From Camelus ferus (taxonomy: Eukaryota), in assembly GCF_009834535.1 (NCBI RefSeq), contig NC_045696.1:77688001-77752000 (forward strand): a stretch of 64,000 nucleotides of DNA. Reading direction: 5' to 3'. The notes under the pieces are model-generated. The model ran no database searches and was not told the origin of the DNA. It saw nothing but the letters and a program-made list of their open reading frames with translations. Positions 57,705 through 64,000 of this stretch are shown in pieces. Position 1 is the first letter of the stretch. Every line of letters starts with the position of its first letter. Both the position numbers and the translations under genes were made by a program.

Positions 57705-57908
57705 TGTTAAGGTAACACCATCTGTGTCATCGGTGATGATAAAAATGTTCCATAATCAATGCAGCAGCCACTAGCCATATGTGATCACTAAGCAAGTGAA
57801 TTGTGGCTAATGAAATTGAGAAAATAAAATTCTGGTTTAATTAATTTTTTAATTCAATTTAAATCTACATGTGACTATTGTTTATTATATTAGATAATAC
57901 ATTTCTAG
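57705..57908. mobile_element. hAT-Charlie non-autonomous element (MER3-like) within an L2 relic
   Basis: gtgatgataaaaatgttcc...gcagccactagccatatgtg...tgtggctaatgaaattgag...ctacatgtgacta. Confidence 0.65.
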
Positions 57909-60900
57909 ATCCTACTTCTTTCTAAGCTCTAACCTCATGTAGCCACCTGCCTCCTTGACATACCTCCCTCGATGCCCTATGGCATGCAAAATTCCACATA
58001 GCCAATGTAAAACTCATTATCACTTTCTTTAGGCCAGCCCCTAATTTACTTAATTCAGTAATATCAACTTTGTCCGAGATAGGACTATTCAAATTATCCT
58101 TTACTATTCATTCTGCTTTATGTCCCATATCCAGCAAATTATGTATCCTGTTATTTAATCCTAAAAATGTCTCTCAAATCTGCCTTGTTTTCCAAAATAC
58201 ACATCATCATTTCTCATACACTACTACCAATAACTTGCTTTGTAAAGAACTCTCAGAAGAAATTCATTGACATTAAGATAAAAGTTTAAATTCTTAAATT
58301 CTTCAAACATCACCTCTCTGGTAAATTCTTCAGGTCTCTTAGTCAGAGGTAAAAGTTCCGTCTTCTTCCCTCCCAAACCTTGTCTATATTACCATCACTT
58401 CTTTTACTGTGTTATATTGAAATAATTTGCGTATCTGTTTACTCCCTTGAACCCACTCCTATGTATTAATTGTTCTGTATTTCAAGTATTTTGTTTCATC
58501 CTTGGATTACAGTAGTATACTACAAGAATGCTTAGATAACTAATAACAATTTATGAGCTAAATGTTGAAGATTTAGAACTATAACTAGAAAATTCCTACA
58601 CACAGGAGAAATAAGCCTTTTTCAAAACATAAATCTATAGTGATTTTAATTCATTTATTAAAGGATTAAGCAGCTAAGGTTTATATTGGTATTTCCTCAT
58701 ATTCAATCTCTGGAAGAATTAGTTTGGCTTTTATGATTATTTTAAAAAACAAATGCTATTTTTTACAGTAATTATAGAGGATAAGAAAACATCTTCAACA
58801 TCAATGTAATGTGTCACCCTTTGGCAATTTTGTACTGTACCACCTGACTGTCATTGAAGCCATGATGAAATTATACCTTTTGGCAGCAATATTGAGCCTC
58901 ATTTATTATTTTCTTAGGTCTCATGCTTTATATCAAAAAGACAAATGCCAAGATAAATTCAAACTCTGTAAAATAAAAAAAAAGAAAAAGAACTACAAGA
59001 CAACACTGAAAAAAAACTTGCTAGAATTCACATCTCACATCCCATGTATGAGAATGGTTTATTTTTTAATTTCTTTTGAATTCAGAAAAGCACCAAGATA
59101 AATTCTTAACTTTTTCATATTTATAAATTGTAATGTAATTTGACATAAATTATATTTGTGACCTATCACAAAGGTCTAAAATAAAGTTAGTAACTTGAAA
59201 GGAATAGTCATATTTTTAAAAAGTTTGTATAAGATGTATGTATTTATTGTATTTAGTTAGAAAACATCAAATATGTGATTGTGTTATTGTGTTGTTTATC
59301 AAATTTAAACTTTTACTGGGAGAAATAAGAAATAATATCTTCAATATTTCAATTGCTTCTGAACTGTTGAAAAAGTTTTAGTATTGATATATCAATGAAA
59401 ATAATGCTTTATCATTTTACAAACTGTTCCTCATATTTCATATCATTTTTTCATAGTTAACAGTGACAGAATTTATACCTAGCTATGTCTTTTTATTTAA
59501 AATCCAGTGCTATTTCTATAATCTCACACTACTGTGTGGAATAGAAGTATACCAAATACGTGATGTACTGTGATAACCACTATTATCCTTACTGAAACAA
59601 AATATTCTAAAATTCTTCACCAATTTTATATTCCATTTGTACACATTAACTTGTCAGTATACTCTCAGCATTTAATTAGTTTAGTTGTATGCTTTCATAT
59701 CTAAGTGATTTTTTCCCCTTTTATCTTTAAAGTAAAGCTAAATTTAGACTATGTAGGTCAGGGTCTACTTTGAAGATATTAGCACTAGTATTTTTTTAAT
59801 GTGTTAATAATTATACTCAATTACATACATACTGCATTTCCAGAGAAAATGTACACATTATCTTTCCAACCTCAGAGAATCCTAGTGAGAAAAGCCATTA
59901 CTAGTGTAGCCCTTCTTGATGTAGAAAATAAAAGTTCTACCAAATAACATAACAAGTTGGTAGCCAAGATAGAATCAAAATCCATATTTCCTAGTATGTG
60001 CTCTACTCAAGCCCTCTATATTTATACTTTTATTATGTTGTTGATGAAAGAAAATCTGATTTTAAAACAAAGTATCTATTAAATACTTCTTCCTATGGCT
60101 CCACAAGTTTTTATACTGGTGGAATAAGACTGAAATTCTGAAGCACAGTTTCCTCCCTTGGCCTATATCTGCAACATGATTGGTTACCACAGGTAAAATG
60201 ATGACTGGGGAAACAGTATCGACATAGGTAAATATATGTGGTCATCAAAAAAGTCACAGACCACTTGCTTCTGTACTTTAAGTGTTATTTCATAGATATA
60301 GAATTCTTTCCACCATCCACTTAATAGGTTAAACATCTATTTATACAAGAAATACAGTTGAAAATATACATAGAACATGTAACAATATCTGTGCACAAAT
60401 GTGTGCCTTCTATCAAATGCTCTTTTATTTTCTGGGTGTTTCACACTAAGTACGGACCTCATATATAAGTTTAGGTTATGTTCTCTGCTCCCCTATACCC
60501 TTTCTGACCTATCCATCCTTGCTTCCCAACATTCTCTCAGGAGTTGTAGTGTGGCCAAGAACTCATGCAGCAAGAATCGGTGTATTTTTATACCTCTAAA
60601 ATTAAAACCTTAGAATTTTCTTTGGCTGGGGACTTCATCTCATTATATATCTGATATCAATATGGTCTCAAATTGCCCCCTCCACCAAAAAAACCCATGA
60701 ATTTCCTGATCCAGAGAAAAGCAGGAAAATTGGAGAAAACATTATGATTTCATTGCCCTAAAAATGTCCTAATGCTTTACTTAAAAATAAGTAAATAAAT
60801 CTAGACTAAGTATCCATAATATTTGAATATATATACTTTTATACATACATGTACATATATATACACACACTCATCCAAATTATAGATACATACTCAAAAA

Positions 60901-62100
60901 GATACGGACATATATAGGTATCTCTTTCTTCCTATCTATCCAATCTATTTACCTATCTATCTTCTCTCCACATACTAAGAATTTACTTAAGATATTGAAT
61001 GTTATGGAGTTATTATTTGGGAGTGGGGGCCACATTTATCTTGCTAATAATGAATGATCAGAGGATGGATATATTCAAAACTAAATCAAGGAACTAGAAT
61101 AGACTGGAAAGAAAAAAAAAGTTATAAATGTAGTTAAAATTCAGAAATTTTGGCTCAGGAGAATTTTAAGTAAAATATGGTCCAAACTCCTCTGATTTTA
61201 AAAGTTAAGAAAAAATTCACACAGCTCTTAAATGCCAGGGTAGACCTAGAATTTTAGTTTTTATATTTTGAGCTCATTCTATTACCACTCATTGACTTCA
61301 GTTATTATACCACAATTCCTCGTTCTAAAGCAGAAAAACAGCCTTGAAAAATTTCACTAGGAAGAGTTAAGAATGAGTCAATCTTTCAACTAAGCATATA
61401 TAAATATGGATTCTTTAAGGGTACTGAAATGCCAATATTCTCTGCAAACTCTGTCCCCAAAAGGCAGGTTATGACTCATTAAACCAATAGTTGGTCAATG
61501 TAAAAATTCATACGTCATATGATATCAGAACATTTAACTTATTTGTTCCATACTCCAGAATTTAATTTTCTTCATTCCATAAACTCACAGCCAAGAATAT
61601 ACAGTAAAAATAGGTATGAGCATCACTGAGTAAAAACAATTGTTGTAAGTTCAGTCTTTATCTTCAAAAAAAAAAAAAAAAGTAGCCCCCCCCCTTTTTT
61701 TTACTGCAATGAAAAAGTCCCATAGACAACCAAGTACCTTAAATACTGCAACAAAATTTTCAAGATATAGAAATTCAAAGACTCATTTTGTATTGCCCTT
61801 AATCTAAAGTGAAGGGGGTACACTTGAGAATATACCACAAGTCTACCTTCAGATTAAGAATTTTATTAAGAATTGATTTTGAAGACAAATCATCAATTAT
61901 CGGTCTGTTTGATCTTGATTGAGTTGCTTATCATCTTTACTCCTTAGTGAAATAATAGGAGATACTTAGAATCCTTCCTAATATATTCTACAAATAAATA
62001 TATATATAGATTTTTCTTGATGGTTATTTTCCTTTCTTCCATCTACTAACAAAAAGAACAAAACTTTCTCAACATTTTCATGAAAGTGTTTCTCTCCTAC

Positions 62101-62196
62101 CTTGGTAATGGTCTCATGAAGGTTGAAAAAAGGATCCATTTCTTCAATTTTTGTTGCATGTTTAGGGAAAAGGGCCTCAGAGAGAAAACTCGGACC
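62101..62196 (-). CDS. NAALADL2: Internal coding exon of N-acetylated alpha-linked acidic dipeptidase-like 2 (M28 family, C-terminal half), 96 nt, phase 0/0
   Basis: The minus strand reads tttatttgctggttttccacag|GGTCCGAGT...ATTACCAAG|gtagga, with a canonical acceptor and donor. Translation GPSFLSEALFPKHATKIEEMDPFFNLHETITK matches my recollection of human NAALADL2 GPSFLSEARFSTRATKIEEMDPSFNLHETITK. Confidence 0.92.
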
Positions 62197-62846
62197 CTGT
62201 GGAAAACCAGCAAATAAACAACTTAAACTCTTCATTGATTTTATTTTTCAAGTGTTTATTGGATCTTCTTTAAAGATTCAGAAGGACTCTAAATTGCCTT
62301 AAGGTTTCTTTTGATTGTTGGACTTCATTCTACTGATTTAATTAACCAATCACAAAATATAAATTAAAATGAGCAGAATTCTGTAACTCAACATTATTTG
62401 TACTTACAAAAGAATGTTTTCTTACTCAGAAGATATGATTATTTGCATGCAGTCCCTTCCCCCTTTTTCCAAATGCCGACTTACTGTAGAGTAAGATATC
62501 TTGGATACAAAACCCATATCTGAAACCCTTTCTCTATTTTATATATTAAATTATATGCTACAAGGCTGTAGAAAGGAATGTTTTTGATTTAAAAAAAGCC
62601 TAGGTGACAGGGTACATGGTATTTTGAACACTGCAAAACTTACTTCAAAACAATAGTAAGATATATTTGGGGTAGAATGACCTCGTGACTTTACCTGCTG
62701 CCAATAAAGTGGTAACATATTGCATCATCAGAACCTTAATGTTAAGATGACTGAAGTGAATCGAGATACTGTAATACATTTTGTACTTGCAGGAGTAGAT
62801 AGATTTCAGGATGCAAGAAGACACAGGATGTTGATAACTAACTATC

Positions 62847-63212
62847 TGCCATGGTCTGAATATTTACGCCCTGCTCCAACTCCACAATTCATATGCTGAA
62901 ATCCTAATCTCCAAAGCAATGGTATCAGGAGATGGGGCCTTTGGGATGTGATTAGGTCATGAGGGCTCTGTTTTCACCATTGGAATCAGGGCCCTTATAT
63001 AAAAAAAAAAAACAACCTCACAGAGCTCCCTAGTTCCTTATGTGAGGATATAACAAGAATTCTGCAGCCTGAAGGAGGACCCTCACCTGACCATGAAGGC
63101 ACCCTGGTCTTGGATTTCCAGCTTCTAGAATTTACCAAATAAATTTCTGCTGTTTATAAGCCACTCAGTCTGTGATACTTTGTTACGGCGGCTCGAATGG
63201 ACTAATAAGACA
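62847..63212 (+). mobile_element. MaLR solo LTR (MLT1A/MST-like)
   Basis: tgccatggtctgaat...attcatatgctgaaatcctaatctcc...aataaatttctgctgtttataagccactcagtctgtgatactttgttac...aagaca. 5-bp TSD ctatc/ctacc. Confidence 0.88.
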
Positions 63213-63671
63213 CTACCTAAAACAATGCTCTTACAGCTATCAACAGCACAAGCATCTTAGGAAGTAATTACTTAACATGGAACTTTTATTTGAAAACCTG
63301 GAGCAACTAGAATTATTTATCTAGAAAATATAAGACTTGGGATAGGATATATGTATGCATGCAGATGACAGATAAATAATCTTTCTGAAAACTATCATGG
63401 AAAAGACACATTCAATCCAGTCTACACTGACAATGAGCGCACAAGGTAACAAATTTAATTTGAATTCTATTAGAACTATTTATCAGAGCAATCCAAAAGC
63501 AGAACAGACTACTTTGGAATGTATCAGTAGTGGGAAAGAAAGTTAGGATTATGTAGTTGATAGACTCAGAAGTCATACAGATGAGAACTGAAACCAACAT
63601 AATTGCAATTCCCTATATATTAAATAATTCTGTGATCAAGCATACTCTCCACTCCCTATTTTGAACAATAC

Positions 63672-63968
63672 TGTGATAAAAAAAATAATTTAGCTGTTTG
63701 CTCTAGCATATATGTACTTTTGGATAATAAGACCATGAATCAACCGAACAGCTTACCTAGCAAGACTAACAGCTTATTTATCAAAACTTGTTTATGTTTC
63801 TCTTCTCATTTTGCCTGCCAATCTAAAACTAATTTGTCAGAAACTCTGTCCAGTCCCAACCATTACTCCACTTTTTAAGATCTGCCATAAAACCATACAA
63901 CCGAGGCATAAAATACCATACGTGTCCTTTCCCAATTTTCCCCCATTTTGAGATAATACTAAGACACA
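63672..63968 (+). mobile_element. ERV1-class LTR relic (MER110-like), followed by the start of another MaLR LTR (tgctatggtttgaat) at the window edge
   Basis: Shares motifs with 44034-44580 (aacagcttatttatcaa, tgagataatactaaga). Confidence 0.5.
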
Positions 63969-64000
63969 GTGCTATGGTTTGAATAATTCATACATTGAAG

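Noticed and set aside
61978..62235. 85-aa minus-strand ORF treated as a standalone gene
   Set aside because: Only 62101-62196 is exon; the rest is read-through into intron beyond the splice sites.

Overview
AT-rich mammalian genomic DNA, probably camelid: it has a Vic-1-like tRNA-derived SINE and camelid-type L1 3' tails, and I saw no Alu, Bov-A/BovB, PRE1 or SINEC. Almost the whole window appears to be intron of NAALADL2, transcribed on the minus strand. One 96-nt phase-0 coding exon (62101-62196, GPSFLSEALFPKHATKIEEMDPFFNLHETITK) is present, and the next known exon (LSGEVILQIANEP...) was not found in the window. The intron holds a full-length, heavily decayed DDX5 processed pseudogene (about 15592-17997, antisense to the host gene). 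It also holds a tailless tRNA-Met 5'-half retrocopy with a target-site duplication (TSD), a twin-primed inverted L1, several very short L1 tails, and many ancient L1, L2, MIR, MaLR/ERV LTR and DNA-transposon relics. Other than the ORF containing the exon and ORFs that are DDX5 or L1 remnants, the ORF track looks like noise. I found no convincing novel biological system; the most interesting signals are retrotransposition fossils. Family names and reference comparisons are from memory, not database searches, and repeat boundaries are approximate.
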